A stretch of DNA of 64,000 nucleotides from an uncultured Clostridia bacterium (GTDB taxonomy: Bacteria > Bacillota > Clostridia > TANB77 > CAG-508), in the NCBI GenBank assembly GCA_947626735.1, contig CANQTK010000001.1:4405-68404 (forward strand), in the 5' to 3' direction. The position numbers were made by a program, and so were the translations under genes. Below are positions 31,710 to 43,175 of the stretch, in pieces. Below the pieces are notes generated by a model, which had not been told where the DNA came from, ran no database searches, and saw only the letters and a list, made by a program, of their open reading frames with translations. The stretch's first letter is position 1, and each line of letters starts with the position of its first letter.

Positions 31710-31738
31710 TTGACATAAGAGATAATTTACGATACAAT
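31710..31738 (+). promoter_or_regulatory. sigmaA-type promoter for rpmH (TTGACA, 17 nt, TACAAT)
   Basis: ttgacataagagataatttacgatacaat. Confidence 0.5.
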
Positions 31739-31802
31739 TATAAGGCTTATTAAGAGTAAAAAATCCGTTTACGGTTTAAATAAATACAGGAGGTGCCATA
31801 AA

Positions 31803-31937
31803 ATGAAAAGAACATTCCAACCAAAAAAGAGACAAGAACAAAAAGAACATGGATTCATGAAAAGAATGAAAACAAAAGCAGGAAGAAATGTATTAAAAGC
31901 AAGACGTGCAAAAGGAAGAAAAAAAATAAGTGCTTAA
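31803..31937 (+). CDS. rpmH: 50S ribosomal protein L34
   Basis: [44 protein letters not shown]. It was missed by the ORF track (44 aa). The ribosome-binding site is AGGAGGTG. Confidence 0.9.
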   Translation: MKRTFQPKKRQEQKEHGFMKRMKTKAGRNVLKARRAKGRKKISA

Positions 31938-31945
31938 ATAGGGAA

Positions 31946-31975
31946 GGCCACGTAAATCTTATGTGGTCTTTTTTA
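31946..31975 (+). terminator. hairpin plus T-run between rpmH and rnpA (attenuator/terminator)
   Basis: GGCCACgtaaatcttatGTGGTCTTTTTT. Confidence 0.5.
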
Positions 31976-31988
31976 TAAGGAAGAAAAT

Positions 31989-32336
31989 ATGAGAAAGATA
32001 GATACATTAAAGAAAAATTATGAATTTAAAAATGTATTAGATAAAGGAAAATTTTATCGTGGCAAATATATTACAGTTTATCTTATAAAAAATAAACAAG
32101 AAAAAAATGTAATAGGCATTGCGATTAGTAAAAAATTAGGAACAGCAGTTAAAAGAAATCGTTTAAAGCGCTTAATTAGAGAAAGTTACCGCTTACAAAA
32201 AGAAAACTTGCAAAAAGGATATAATATTGTATTTTTATGGAATAAAAATAGAGAGCAAAATATAAAATGTGAGCAAATAAAAGAAGATATGAAAATATTA
32301 TGGGAAAGAGCAGGCATCTTCAAATGCGAAAAATAG
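31989..32336 (+). CDS. rnpA: RNase P protein component
   Basis: 115-aa basic protein immediately after rpmH. Confidence 0.9.
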   Translation: MRKIDTLKKNYEFKNVLDKGKFYRGKYITVYLIKNKQEKNVIGIAISKKLGTAVKRNRLKRLIRESYRLQKENLQKGYNIVFLWNKNREQNIKCEQIKEDMKILWERAGIFKCEK

Positions 32337-32542
32337 GAATTGATTTAATTGAATTTTATCAAAAATATATTTCACCAATTTTTCATTTTTTAGGAGTAGA
32401 ATGCAAATATTATCCTACTTGTTCACAATATGCGCTTGAAGCGATTGAAAAATATGGGTTTTTAAAAGGTAGTTTTTTAGCAGGAAAAAGAATATTAAAG
32501 TGTAATCCTTTTTCAAAAGGTGGCTATGATCCTTTAAAATAA
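32324..32542 (+). CDS. yidD: membrane protein insertion efficiency factor YidD
   Basis: YYPTCSQYA motif. It overlaps the 3' end of rnpA. Confidence 0.8.
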   Translation: MRKIGIDLIEFYQKYISPIFHFLGVECKYYPTCSQYALEAIEKYGFLKGSFLAGKRILKCNPFSKGGYDPLK

Positions 32543-32564
32543 CAAAGAAAGAAGAGGAATTGAT

Positions 32565-33494
32565 ATGGGATTTATATCAGATATTTTTGGCTACATATTA
32601 AATTTTTTCTATGAACTATTAAATAATTATGGTATTGCTATTATTATCTTTTCTATTTTATTAAGGTTAATTTTAATACCAATTACCATTAAACAACAAA
32701 AAACAATGAAAAAATCAGCAAAATTACAAGAAAAGATGAAAGAAATTCAAACAAAATATAAAAACAATCCAGAAAAATTAAATCAAGAAACAATTGAATT
32801 ATATAGAACAGAAAAATTAAGTCCTTTTAGTGGTTGTTTTAGTGCTATTTTACAATTATTAATTATTCTTTCTGTTTTTTGGATGGTAAGCCAACCATTA
32901 ACCTATATGAAAAAAGTAGATAAGCAAGTAATAGAAGATTATAAAACAAAAATAACAGAAGAAAATGGTGGACAAAGAGTTACATATCCTGAAATTGGAG
33001 TTATTTCTAAAATAGAAGAAGAATATCAAGAAGTAACACAAAAGTTGCAAGAAGAAAATGTAGAAAATAGGGAAGAACTTGAAAAGAAACAACAAGAATA
33101 TGATGCTATGCGCATTAACATGGAATTTTTAGGATTAGATTTAAGTAAAGTACCAACCGCTAATTTAGGAGATTGGAAAGTATATGTCATTCCTGCATTA
33201 TATGTTCTTACTTCCTTCATTTCTATTAAGATGACAACAAATGCTCAAAAGAAAGCAATGAAAGAAAAGGAAAGCATAAATAGTGAACATCAAGAATCAG
33301 ACGAAATGTTAGAAAGCATGCAACAAATGAACAATTCTATGTTATACATGATGCCAATTATGTCCATTTCTATTGCCTTTATTGCACCACTTGGACTTGC
33401 TTTATATTGGCTTGTAAGTAATATTTTAATGATAATAGAAAGATTGATTATAAACAAATTTATTGGATCTAAGGAGGAAGAAGAAAATGCCTAA
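32565..33494 (+). CDS. yidC: membrane protein insertase YidC/OxaA (SpoIIIJ-like)
   Basis: Multi-TM 60-kDa-type inner-membrane insertase core in the conserved position. Confidence 0.85.
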   Translation: MGFISDIFGYILNFFYELLNNYGIAIIIFSILLRLILIPITIKQQKTMKKSAKLQEKMKEIQTKYKNNPEKLNQETIELYRTEKLSPFSGCFSAILQLLIILSVFWMVSQPLTYMKKVDKQVIEDYKTKITEENGGQRVTYPEIGVISKIEEEYQEVTQKLQEENVENREELEKKQQEYDAMRINMEFLGLDLSKVPTANLGDWKVYVIPALYVLTSFISIKMTTNAQKKAMKEKESINSEHQESDEMLESMQQMNNSMLYMMPIMSISIAFIAPLGLALYWLVSNILMIIERLIINKFIGSKEEEENA

Positions 33495-34206
33495 AACAAT
33501 TATTTCCGAAGGAAAAACAACACAAGAAGCAATTGATAATGGCCTAAAAGAATTAAAAGTATCCAAAGATAAAGTTGATATTAAAGTATTAGAAGAAGAA
33601 AACAAAAAAAGTTTCTTTAGCATTTTAACACCTAGAGTAGTAAAGGTAGAATTAACCTTAAAAGAAAATGGAAAAGAAGAGAAAAGAGGAAGAGAAGAAC
33701 AAAGAAGAGAAGAAAAGCCAAAAAGAGAATATGACCATAATATGGAAGATATTAACGAAGCAAAAGAAAGAGTAGAAAAATTTTTAAAAGACTGGCTAGC
33801 ACAAGTAGATGAAAGTTTAACATATACTATTAAAATAGAAGATTATACAATTTTAGTAGATATTACAGGACAAGCAGCAGGTTTATTAATTGGTTATAGG
33901 GGAGAGTCTTTAAATGCAATGCAAACCATTTTATCTACGATTGCAAATCGTAATTTCAATGAAAAAATAAAGTTAATTTTAGACATTGAAAATTATCGTG
34001 AAAAAAGAGCAAAAATATTAGAAGAATTAGCAGAAAAAGTATCAAAAACAGTTCTAAAAAATGGAAAATCAATTACCTTAGAACCAATGTCAGCTTATGA
34101 AAGAAAGATTATTCACACAAAATTACAAGACAATACAAAAGTAGAAACCTATAGTATAGGAGAGGGCGATAACAGAAGAGTCGTTATTGCAAAAATAAAA
34201 AATTAA
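33486..34206 (+). CDS. jag: RNA-binding protein Jag/KhpB (KH and R3H domains)
   Basis: C-terminal R3H block ERKIIHTKLQDN. The ribosome-binding site is AAGGAGG. Confidence 0.8.
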
Positions 34207-34357
34207 ATAAGAAAAAAATCGGAAGTCAAAGTGAAGATTTTAGTTTAAATAAGGGATTAAACTATGTCTAACTTTGGCTTTTTTTAAGAAACTAAATAGA
34301 TATTTTCTATAACTTAAAATGGTAAAACAGATAACAAATAATAAAAAGGAGTAAAAA

Positions 34358-35740
34358 ATGGAAACAATAGCAGCAATTTCAACAGCAATTGGAAATGGTG
34401 GAATTGGTATTATCCGTATAAGCGGAAAAGAAACTTTTTCTATTATAAAAAAAATCTTTAGAAATAAAGAAGGAAAAGAAATAGATTCAAAAAAAATAAA
34501 AGGGTATACCATGCAATATGGCTATATTATTAATAATAAAACACAAGAAATAATAGATGAAGTATTAGTTTCTTTCTTTCAAAACCCAAAAAGTTATACC
34601 AAAGAAGATATGTGTGAAATCAATTCTCATGGAGGAATAGTAGTAGAAAGAAAAATTTTAGAAGAATGTATAAAAAATGGAGCTATTTTAGCAGAGCCAG
34701 GAGAATTTACAAAAAGAGCATTTTTAAATGGAAGAATTGACTTATCACAAGCAGAATCTATTATTGATTTAATCAATAGTAAGACAGAAAAAGAAGCGCA
34801 AGCTTCTATTCATCAATTAGAAGGAAATCTATCGAAAAAAATCCATGAAATAGAACAAGATTTATTAGATATAATGGCAGATATCGAGGCAAATATTGAC
34901 TATCCAGAGTATGATGTAGAAGAAGTAACAAATCAAAAAATCATGACAGTATTAGAAAAAACAAAAATAAAATTACAAGAATTAGAAAACAGTTTTCAAA
35001 GTGGAAAAATATTAAAAGAAGGCATTAAAACGGCTATTATTGGTCGCCCTAATGCAGGAAAATCCTCCCTTTTAAATTATATAGTAAAAGAGGAAAGAGC
35101 AATCGTAAGTGAAATAGAAGGAACTACGAGAGACACCATTGAAGAATTGATAACGATTCATGGAATTCCTCTTAAAATTATCGATACCGCTGGAATTCGA
35201 AAAACAAAAGATACAATAGAAGAAATAGGAGTAAAAAAAGCATTAAATGTAGCAAAAGAAGCGGAACTTATTTTAGCAATTTTCGATAATACCAAAGAAT
35301 TACAAGAAGAAGATATAGAAATATTAAAATTAATTCAAGACAAAAATACCATTATTCTATTAAATAAAATAGATGAGAAAGAAGAAAATTTAGAAACAAA
35401 GAAAGAATTATTAGAAACACAAAAAACAATCATCAAAATATCAGCAAAAGAGGGAAGAGGAATTGAAGAATTATATCAAGAAATAGAGAAAATGTTTGAA
35501 ATAAAAGATTTATCTAAAGGAGAAGAAGTTTTCATTACAAACATAAGACATAAAAATCAAATAGAACTTGCACTTAATAATATAGAAGAAGCAAAAATGG
35601 CAGTAATCAATAATATGCCAATCGATATGATTGCTATTTCTATTAAACAAACTTTAGAAGAATTAGGAAAAATTACAGGAGAAAATGTAGCAGAAGATAT
35701 TATTAATGAAATTTTTTCTAAATTTTGTTTAGGAAAATAA
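34358..35740 (+). CDS. mnmE: tRNA modification GTPase MnmE
   Basis: G domain GRPNAGKSSL and a C-terminal CxGK motif. Confidence 0.95.
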   Translation: METIAAISTAIGNGGIGIIRISGKETFSIIKKIFRNKEGKEIDSKKIKGYTMQYGYIINNKTQEIIDEVLVSFFQNPKSYTKEDMCEINSHGGIVVERKILEECIKNGAILAEPGEFTKRAFLNGRIDLSQAESIIDLINSKTEKEAQASIHQLEGNLSKKIHEIEQDLLDIMADIEANIDYPEYDVEEVTNQKIMTVLEKTKIKLQELENSFQSGKILKEGIKTAIIGRPNAGKSSLLNYIVKEERAIVSEIEGTTRDTIEELITIHGIPLKIIDTAGIRKTKDTIEEIGVKKALNVAKEAELILAIFDNTKELQEEDIEILKLIQDKNTIILLNKIDEKEENLETKKELLETQKTIIKISAKEGRGIEELYQEIEKMFEIKDLSKGEEVFITNIRHKNQIELALNNIEEAKMAVINNMPIDMIAISIKQTLEELGKITGENVAEDIINEIFSKFCLGK

Positions 35741-36163
35741 AAAATAAGATAAAACGCGTGAAAATAAAAAAATAAATAGAAATAAAATAAAAAACAATTA
35801 ATTTTATTTTAAATAGTAAAAAACGTCTTATTTTTCATTGTGATAAAAATTTTAAAACAGAAATTATAGATAAAAAATAGAATGAAAATAAATAAAATGC
35901 AGAACAAAATTTAAACTTAAAAACACAAAAAATAATTTACAAAAAGACAAAACAATATTTTAAAGTATATTATTTATAACAAATTATTAAAAAATTGTCA
36001 AAAAGATATAACGAACAAAAATTTTTGTTTCATAAAAAACAATAGAAACATTAGAAGAAAATAGAAATAAAACAAAAGGATAATTTATATAGAAATTAAT
36101 GTCTAAATGGATGAAATGTCTCTTTAGGAAACGTCCCCAAAGAGACATTAGAAGGAGTAAAAA

Positions 36164-38038
36164 ATGAAGTATCATGCAGGAAAATATGATATTGCTGTAA
36201 TTGGAGCAGGACATGCAGGTTGTGAAGCAGCTCTTGCTGCAGCAAGAATGGGAATGAAAACATTATTATTTTCGATTAGTTTAGAAGCAGTAGCGAATAT
36301 GCCATGTAATCCACATATTGGCGGAAGTTCAAAAGGACATTTAGTAAGAGAAATTGACTGCTTGGGAGGAGAGATGGGAAAAAACATTGACAAAACTTAT
36401 ACTCAATTAAGAATGTTAAATACTTCTAAAGGACCAGCTGTTTATTCTTTAAGAGCACAAGCGGATCGAAAACAATATCAGGCAGAAATGAAGCATACAT
36501 TAGAAAAACAAGAAAATTTATATATTAAGCAAGCAGAAATTATAGACTTTACAGTAGAAGATGGAAAAGTAAAATCAATTGAAACCAATATTGGAGCAAT
36601 TTATGATGTCGATGCTATTATTGTAGCAACAGGAACTTATTTAAAAGGAAAAATTTATATTGGAGAAACTTCCTTTGAAAGTGGACCAGATGGAGTTTTT
36701 CCAGCAAATAAATTGTCAGATGCATTAAAAAGAGAGGGAGTAGAGTTAGTACGTTTTAAAACAGGAACACCTGCTAGAATCAATAAAAAGAGTATTGACT
36801 TTTCAAAAATGGAAATACAAGAAGGAGATAAAAACCCAGAAGCTTTTTCTTTTGAAGATAAAATTGATCCAAAGGTAGAACAATTACCTTGTTATCTAAC
36901 CTATACAAATGAAAAAACGCATGAAATTATACGTGCTAACTTGCATCGTTCTCCTTTATATGGAGGAGAAATAACCGGAACAGGACCACGTTATTGCCCA
37001 TCTATCGAAGATAAAGTAGTTCGTTTTTCCGATAAAGAAAGACACCAAATATTTGTAGAACCAATTGGAAGAAATACAGATGAGATGTATATTCAAGGAA
37101 TGAGTTCTTCTCTTCCAGAAGATGTGCAAATTGCCATGTATCGTACTATTCCAGGACTTGAAAATGCAGAATTTACAAGACCTGCTTATGCTATTGAATA
37201 TGATTGTATTAATCCAGCAGATTTAAAACTTTCTTTGGAATATAAGAAAATAGAAGGATTATTTTTTGCAGGACAAACCAATGGAACTTCTGGCTATGAA
37301 GAAGCAGCTTGCCAAGGATTAATGGCAGGAATTAATGCAAGCTTAAAATTAAAAGGAAAAGATCCTATCATTTTAGATAGAACACAAGCTTACATTGGTG
37401 TTTTAATAGATGATATTGTCACGAAAGGAACCAATGAACCATACAGAATGATGACTTCTCGTGCAGAATATAGACTTTTACTAAGACAAGATAATGCTGA
37501 TTTAAGATTATTAAAAATTGGCTATCAAGTTGGACTAATTTCAGAAGAAAGATACCAAAAATTCTTAAAAAAGAAACAGCAAATTGAAGAAGAAATAGAA
37601 AGAGTAAGGAAAACAGTTATTAAGCCAACCAAAGAAGTCAATAACTTTTTAAAAGAGCATAATTCTCCAGAAATTACAACAGGAATTAGTTTAGCAGATT
37701 TAGTAAAAAGAAGTGAATTAAATTATGAAAGTTTAAATATAATAGACCCATTAAGACCAAAATTAGAGGAACAAGTAACAAAAGAAGTAGGAATTGAATT
37801 AAAATATGAAGGATATATTAAGCTTCAAGCTCAACAAGTAGAAAAGTTTAAAAAATTAGAGCAAAAATTATTACCAAAAGACATTAATTATGAAGAAATA
37901 AAAGGACTTCGTATTGAGGCAAGACAAAAATTAAATAAAATAAAACCAAATTCAGTAGGACAAGCTTCTCGTATTTCAGGGGTTTCTCCAGCTGATATAT
38001 CTGTTTTATTAATTTATTTAGAAACTTTAAAAAAGTGA
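36164..38038 (+). CDS. mnmG: tRNA uridine 5-carboxymethylaminomethyl modification enzyme MnmG (GidA)
   Basis: 624 aa with an FAD-binding [10 protein letters not shown] motif. Confidence 0.95.
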   Translation: MKYHAGKYDIAVIGAGHAGCEAALAAARMGMKTLLFSISLEAVANMPCNPHIGGSSKGHLVREIDCLGGEMGKNIDKTYTQLRMLNTSKGPAVYSLRAQADRKQYQAEMKHTLEKQENLYIKQAEIIDFTVEDGKVKSIETNIGAIYDVDAIIVATGTYLKGKIYIGETSFESGPDGVFPANKLSDALKREGVELVRFKTGTPARINKKSIDFSKMEIQEGDKNPEAFSFEDKIDPKVEQLPCYLTYTNEKTHEIIRANLHRSPLYGGEITGTGPRYCPSIEDKVVRFSDKERHQIFVEPIGRNTDEMYIQGMSSSLPEDVQIAMYRTIPGLENAEFTRPAYAIEYDCINPADLKLSLEYKKIEGLFFAGQTNGTSGYEEAACQGLMAGINASLKLKGKDPIILDRTQAYIGVLIDDIVTKGTNEPYRMMTSRAEYRLLLRQDNADLRLLKIGYQVGLISEERYQKFLKKKQQIEEEIERVRKTVIKPTKEVNNFLKEHNSPEITTGISLADLVKRSELNYESLNIIDPLRPKLEEQVTKEVGIELKYEGYIKLQAQQVEKFKKLEQKLLPKDINYEEIKGLRIEARQKLNKIKPNSVGQASRISGVSPADISVLLIYLETLKK

Positions 38039-38040
38039 GG

Positions 38041-38766
38041 ATGAATATGGATTTAATAGATTTTTCAAAAGAGTTACAAGAAAAAGCAAATCAAATAAAT
38101 ATTGATATACAAAAAGAACAAATAGAAAAATGTTATCATTATATGAATTTACTATTAGAATGGAATGAAAAAATAAATTTAACAGCAATTACAGATCCAA
38201 AAGAAGTAATTTTAAAGCATTTTATTGATTCCTTCACAATTCATAAATATATCGAAAAAAAGAAAAAAGTAATTGATGTAGGAACTGGTGCAGGTTTTCC
38301 AGGTATTCCAATTTCTATTCTAGAGCAAGATATAGAAATGACATTATTAGATTCTTTACAAAAAAGAATTCAATTTTTAGAAGAAGTTATTCAATCTTTA
38401 ACATTGCAAAATATTCATACTATTCACGCAAGGGTAGAAGAATTTGCAAACAATAAAAAAGAAAGAGAAACCTATGATGTTGCAACTTCTAGAGCAGTAG
38501 CACCACTTAATGTATTACTAGAATATTTACTACCTTTAGTAAAAGTAGGTGGAATTTGTATTTGTATGAAAGGCTCTCGTACAGAAGAGATAAAAGAAGC
38601 AAAAAATGCTTTCAATATTTTAGGAGGAAAAATAGAAAAAATAGAGAAAATTACTCTTCCAAATAGTGATATACAAAGAAATATTATTATCGTTAGAAAA
38701 CTAAAAAATACTCCTCCAAAATATCCAAGAAAGCCTGGAACACCAAGCAAAGAACCAATAAAATAG
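38041..38766 (+). CDS. rsmG: 16S rRNA m7G527 methyltransferase RsmG (GidB)
   Basis: SAM-binding VIDVGTGAGFPG motif and the conserved position after mnmG. Confidence 0.9.
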   Translation: MNMDLIDFSKELQEKANQINIDIQKEQIEKCYHYMNLLLEWNEKINLTAITDPKEVILKHFIDSFTIHKYIEKKKKVIDVGTGAGFPGIPISILEQDIEMTLLDSLQKRIQFLEEVIQSLTLQNIHTIHARVEEFANNKKERETYDVATSRAVAPLNVLLEYLLPLVKVGGICICMKGSRTEEIKEAKNAFNILGGKIEKIEKITLPNSDIQRNIIIVRKLKNTPPKYPRKPGTPSKEPIK

Positions 38767-38869
38767 AAACTTAAAAAAAAGTCAATAAATATGACAATAT
38801 TCATTGACTTTTTTTTGTTATTTTTATATGATATTGATACGAAAAGAAAAATAGATGGAGGTAATTTTT

Positions 38870-39634
38870 GTGGGAAAAGTAATAGCAATAGCAAACCAAA
38901 AAGGTGGCGTAGGAAAAACAACAACAGCAGTTAATTTGAGTACAATTTTAGCAAAAAAAGGGAAAAAAGTATTAATGATAGATACAGACCCACAGGGAAA
39001 TGCAACAAGTGGACTTGGAATTGATAAAAATGTTAATTTTTCAGTATACGATGTTATTATTAATGATGTAGAAATAGAAAATACTTTACAACAAACAATC
39101 GTAAAAAATTTAGAAATATGTCCATCCAATATTAACTTAGCAGGAGCAGAAGTAGAACTTGTATCTATGATGTCAAGAGAGCAAAGACTAAAAGAAAAAA
39201 TAGATAGTCAAAAAGACAAATATGATTACATTATTATAGATTGTCCACCTTCCTTAGGATTAATTACCTTGAATGCATTTACAGCTGCAGATAGTGTTTT
39301 AATTCCTGTACAATGTGAATATTACGCATTAGAGGGATTAGGTCAATTATTAAACACCATCAATTTAGTAAAAAAACATTTAAATAAAGAATTAAAAGTA
39401 GAGGGTGCCTTACTTACTATGTTTGACATTAGGACAAATTTATCAAATCAAGTTGTGCAAGAGGTAAATCAATATTTTGAAAACAAAGTATATAAAACCG
39501 TTATTCCTAGAAATGTAAAATTAAGTGAAGCACCAAGTTATGGAATGCCAATTTCAGTGTATGACCCAAAATCAAAAGGAGCAAAGGCATACGATAAATT
39601 CGTAAAAGAATTTTTAAAGAAGAATGAAGATTAG
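38870..39634 (+). CDS. soj: chromosome partitioning ATPase ParA/Soj (GTG start)
   Basis: Deviant Walker A KGGVGKTT. A GGAGGT ribosome-binding site sits 8 nt before the GTG start. Confidence 0.85.
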   Translation: MGKVIAIANQKGGVGKTTTAVNLSTILAKKGKKVLMIDTDPQGNATSGLGIDKNVNFSVYDVIINDVEIENTLQQTIVKNLEICPSNINLAGAEVELVSMMSREQRLKEKIDSQKDKYDYIIIDCPPSLGLITLNAFTAADSVLIPVQCEYYALEGLGQLLNTINLVKKHLNKELKVEGALLTMFDIRTNLSNQVVQEVNQYFENKVYKTVIPRNVKLSEAPSYGMPISVYDPKSKGAKAYDKFVKEFLKKNED

Positions 39635-39651
39635 AAAGGAGAAATAAGAAA

Positions 39652-40524
39652 ATGGCTAAAAATACAGGTTTAGGAAAAGGATTAAATGCCTTATTTGCAG
39701 ATAGTTCTGTAATTGATGAAATAAAAGAAGAAAAACAAGAAGGAGAAAAAATCGAAAAAATAAAAATTATTGATATTGAACCAAATCGCAACCAACCAAG
39801 AAGAAATTTTAATAGGGAAGCAATTGAAGAATTAGCAGAATCTATTAAAATTTATGGTGTCATTCAACCAATTATTGTAACAAAAAAAGATGGCTATTAT
39901 GAAATTGTAGCAGGAGAAAGAAGATGGAGAGCTGCAAAAAAAGCAGGTTTAACAGAAATTCCATGTATGATTCGAAAGGACGATGAAAGAAAGTCAAAAG
40001 AAATTGCTTTAATTGAAAATATTCAAAGAGAAGATTTAAATCCAATTGAAAAAGCAAAAGGTTTTAAACAATTAATTGATGAATATGGACTAAAGCAACA
40101 AGAATTAGCAGATATTATGGGAATGAATAGAAGTACAGTAACCAATTGTTTACGTATTTTAAATTTAGACCCAAGAGTTATAGAATTAGCATTAGAGGGT
40201 AAACTAACAGAGGGACATTGTCGTTCTTTACTTGGATATGAGGACCCAGAAATACAATATAAAATGGCATTAAAAATCATTGAAACGGGTCAGACAGTAA
40301 GAGATATCGAAAGGAATTTAAAAAATCAAAAAAAAGTAAAGAAAAATACAAAAGAAGATAGAAAAAAATATGAAGCGATCTACAAAGATATTGAAAATCG
40401 TTTTCAAGGTTTTTTTGGTACAAAAGTGAAGTTAGATGCAGGAGTAAAAAGCGGTAAAATTATTATTAAATACTCTTCTAATGAAGACTTAGAAAGAATT
40501 TTAGAATTAATCAATAAAAATTAA
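39652..40524 (+). CDS. spo0J: chromosome partitioning protein ParB/Spo0J
   Basis: ParB box GERRWRAA and an HTH region. Confidence 0.9.
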   Translation: MAKNTGLGKGLNALFADSSVIDEIKEEKQEGEKIEKIKIIDIEPNRNQPRRNFNREAIEELAESIKIYGVIQPIIVTKKDGYYEIVAGERRWRAAKKAGLTEIPCMIRKDDERKSKEIALIENIQREDLNPIEKAKGFKQLIDEYGLKQQELADIMGMNRSTVTNCLRILNLDPRVIELALEGKLTEGHCRSLLGYEDPEIQYKMALKIIETGQTVRDIERNLKNQKKVKKNTKEDRKKYEAIYKDIENRFQGFFGTKVKLDAGVKSGKIIIKYSSNEDLERILELINKN

Positions 40525-40570
40525 TTTTCTATTATTCTGCAAAACTTCCCTCAAGTAAGGCAAGAAAGGA

Positions 40571-41080
40571 ATGAAATTTTATATGGGAGAAATATTCAAT
40601 TTTTTAAGAACAGATGCTTTTTTAATTAGTTCTATTGTAATCATTTTTATACTATTTATCTTATATATAGCAAATACAATTAAGCTATCAAAAATAACCA
40701 AAAATTATAGAGAATTTATGAAAAAAGTTGGAAATGGTACCAATATTGATGAAATGCTACGAGAATATATAAAGAAAGTAGATATCGTGGAACAGGAAAA
40801 CCAGAATTTAATTAATCATTGTAAGCAAATGAATAAAAAGATAGATGGATGTTTTCAAAAAATAGGATTAGTAAGGTATAATGCTTTTCAAGATGTAGGT
40901 AGCGACTTAAGTTTTGCATTAGCTATTTTAAATTATGAAAATGATGGGATTGTATTAAATGGTATATATTCAAGAGAAACATCAAATATTTATGCAAAAC
41001 CTATTAAAAATGGAGAATCTACTTACACATTATCAGAAGAAGAGAAAGAGGCAATAAAAAAAGCAATTAATAAAGAGTAA
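40571..41080 (+). CDS. DUF4446-family protein (commonly follows parB in Clostridia)
   Basis: N-terminal TM segment and the conserved position. Confidence 0.55.
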   Translation: MKFYMGEIFNFLRTDAFLISSIVIIFILFILYIANTIKLSKITKNYREFMKKVGNGTNIDEMLREYIKKVDIVEQENQNLINHCKQMNKKIDGCFQKIGLVRYNAFQDVGSDLSFALAILNYENDGIVLNGIYSRETSNIYAKPIKNGESTYTLSEEEKEAIKKAINKE

Positions 41081-41209
41081 TGAAAGAATAAAATAGAAAA
41101 AGGTGCACAAAATAGGAAGAACATATTAAAAATACAAGAGATTTCTATTGACAGAATGGCTAAAAATATGTTAAGATATATACTGTTACTGACAAAAACA
41201 GTAATACTT

Positions 41210-41301
41210 GCAGAGGTGGTCGAGTTGGTTTATGGCACCAGTCTTGAAAATTGGCGTGCGTTTATAGCGTACCGTGGGTTCGAATCCCACCCTCTGCGCC
41301 A
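41210..41301 (+). tRNA. tRNA-Ser(UGA)
   Basis: Long variable arm, anticodon loop CTTGAAA, CCA encoded. Confidence 0.85.
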
Positions 41302-41310
41302 TATTTTTTT

Positions 41311-41401
41311 GGAGGCTTACCCAAGTGGTTGAAGGGGACAGTTTGCTAAACTGTTAGGGTTCGCAAGGGCCGCGAGGGTTCAAATCCCTCAGCTTCCGCC
41401 A
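41311..41401 (+). tRNA. tRNA-Ser(GCU)
   Basis: Long variable arm, anticodon loop TTGCTAA, CCA encoded. Confidence 0.85.
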
Positions 41402-42206
41402 AAAATGCAGTAAAGTTATTTTTACTGTATTTTTTATATAAGAAAGGAAAAATTAAAAGACGAATTTTAAATATATTTTAGAAAAATAATTTATTTTTAA
41501 TTTATTTTTTATTTTAAACATAGTTTCATAAATATTAATAAAATTATTATAAAGACAATTTGAAAACTGTTTATTATAGTTTTTGATTTGTCTTTTATAG
41601 TTTAAAAAATAACATAGTAAATTTGTCAAAAAGAAAATTATAAATAATATAAAAGTAAGGCTAAATGGAAAAAAAGTAATCGTAAAAACAACATAAAAAT
41701 ATGTCAAGCTCTAACGGATTAAAAGAAAGATGTAAAATTAAGAAAGAAAAGAAAGAAGTAAACATAAATACAATTAAAGCATAAAATAATAGGATACTAA
41801 AATTAAAAATTGACAATTTAACAAATTTAAAACAAGAGCATTTTTATAAATAAATGCAAATATAAATAGCATAAAAGGACAATAAGAAGAATCAATAAAA
41901 ATGATTAATCGTAAAAAAATATAATATAAAATAATAAAATATTTAAAGAAAAAAATTAATTTATAATGTAAAAATATTATATAAAAAAATTAAAAATAAA
42001 TATAAAAAATTAAATTAAAAAATAATTATAAATATAAAAAAATATGAAATTAAAAAATAATGATAAAAAAATTTTTTAAAATAAGTTAAAAAAATATTAT
42101 ATAAATTTAAAAATAATTCTTATATTATAAATAATTAAAATATCATGAAAAAATAAAAAGAAATAAAAAAGAATAAATTGAAAAATAAATAATAAAATCA
42201 ATTAGG

Positions 42207-43080
42207 GTGATTTTATTGAAAATAGGAATTTGTTTTGCAGGTGGAGGAATAAAAGGTGCTTGTCATATAGGAGTACTAAAAGCCTTAGAAGAAGAAAATA
42301 TTAAATTTGATTTTATTTCAGGAACTTCTTCAGGAAGTATTATTGCTATTTTATATTCCCTTGGTTTTACACCAGAAGAAATGTATGAAATATTTAAAAA
42401 ATATAGTAAAAAAATAAATTACTTTGAATTTAAAAATATTTTAAAATTAATTTATGGAATTATTGTAAAAAGGAAAATAATTATTAAAGGATTAAATACT
42501 GGAGAAAAAATTGAAAAATTAGTAAAACAAGAATGTAATAAAAAAGGAATAAATAATATTAATCAAATTAATAAAAAATTATTTATTCCAAGTGTAAATT
42601 TATTAAATGGAAAAATGATTATTTTTTCTTCCTGTGAAAATAGGGCAACGTATTCAGATAAAATAATTTATAATCATGATATGGATATAGGAAAAGCTGT
42701 TAGAGCAAGTTGTAGTTACCCTCGGAATTTTTGAACCAACACAATACAAAAATGAATATTTAATAGATGGCGGAATTCGAGAAAATGTTCCATGGAAAAT
42801 ATTAAAAGAAAACGGAGCAAATAAGGTAATTTCTATTGTGTTTGAAAATGAATTAGAAGAAAAAGAAAAAATTAATATTTTTGACAGTATTTCAGGTTCA
42901 CTAGAATTATTATGTCATGAATTATCAAATTACGAATTAGAAGGTGCAGATTATTTATTAAAAATAAAAACAAAAGATATTTCTTTATTAGATAAATCAA
43001 AAATAAATTATTTATATCAATTAGGATACATTGAAACAAAAGGAAAAATAAAGGAAATAAAAAAATTACTGGATGACTAA
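42207..43080 (+). pseudogene. patatin-like phospholipase broken by a 1-nt frameshift near 42727
   Basis: GGGIKG and GTSSG motifs in frame 1. Frame 1 ends SYPRNF-stop. The next frame continues IFEPTQYKNEYLIDGGIRENVP (the DGG motif). One extra C in CCT-C-GGA restores the frame. Confidence 0.65.
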
Positions 43081-43122
43081 CTTTTGTACAATAATCTTTT
43101 ATTGATATTATAAAAAATAAAA

Positions 43123-43166
43123 GGGGTGTCCCTAGCGTTCCATTTTGGAACGAAAAGGGGCGTCCC
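43123..43166. repeat. GC-rich compound hairpin element GGGGTGTCCC-GTTCCATTTTGGAAC-GGGGCGTCCC between convergent genes
   Basis: Read directly. A second copy, with the flanks inverted, lies at 62323-62366. Confidence 0.55.
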
Positions 43167-43175
43167 TTCTGTTCA

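Noticed and set aside
41453-41707. 84-aa minus-strand ORF.
   Set aside because: It lies wholly inside the A-tract low-complexity region, is made of F/I/L/N/K runs, and has no ribosome-binding site.
42207-43080. Whether the patatin-like phospholipase is a CBASS (CapV-like) effector.
   Set aside because: There is no adjacent cGAS/DncV-like nucleotidyltransferase and no other CBASS component. The neighbours are tRNA-Ser genes and a metabolic dehydratase. The gene is also frameshifted.
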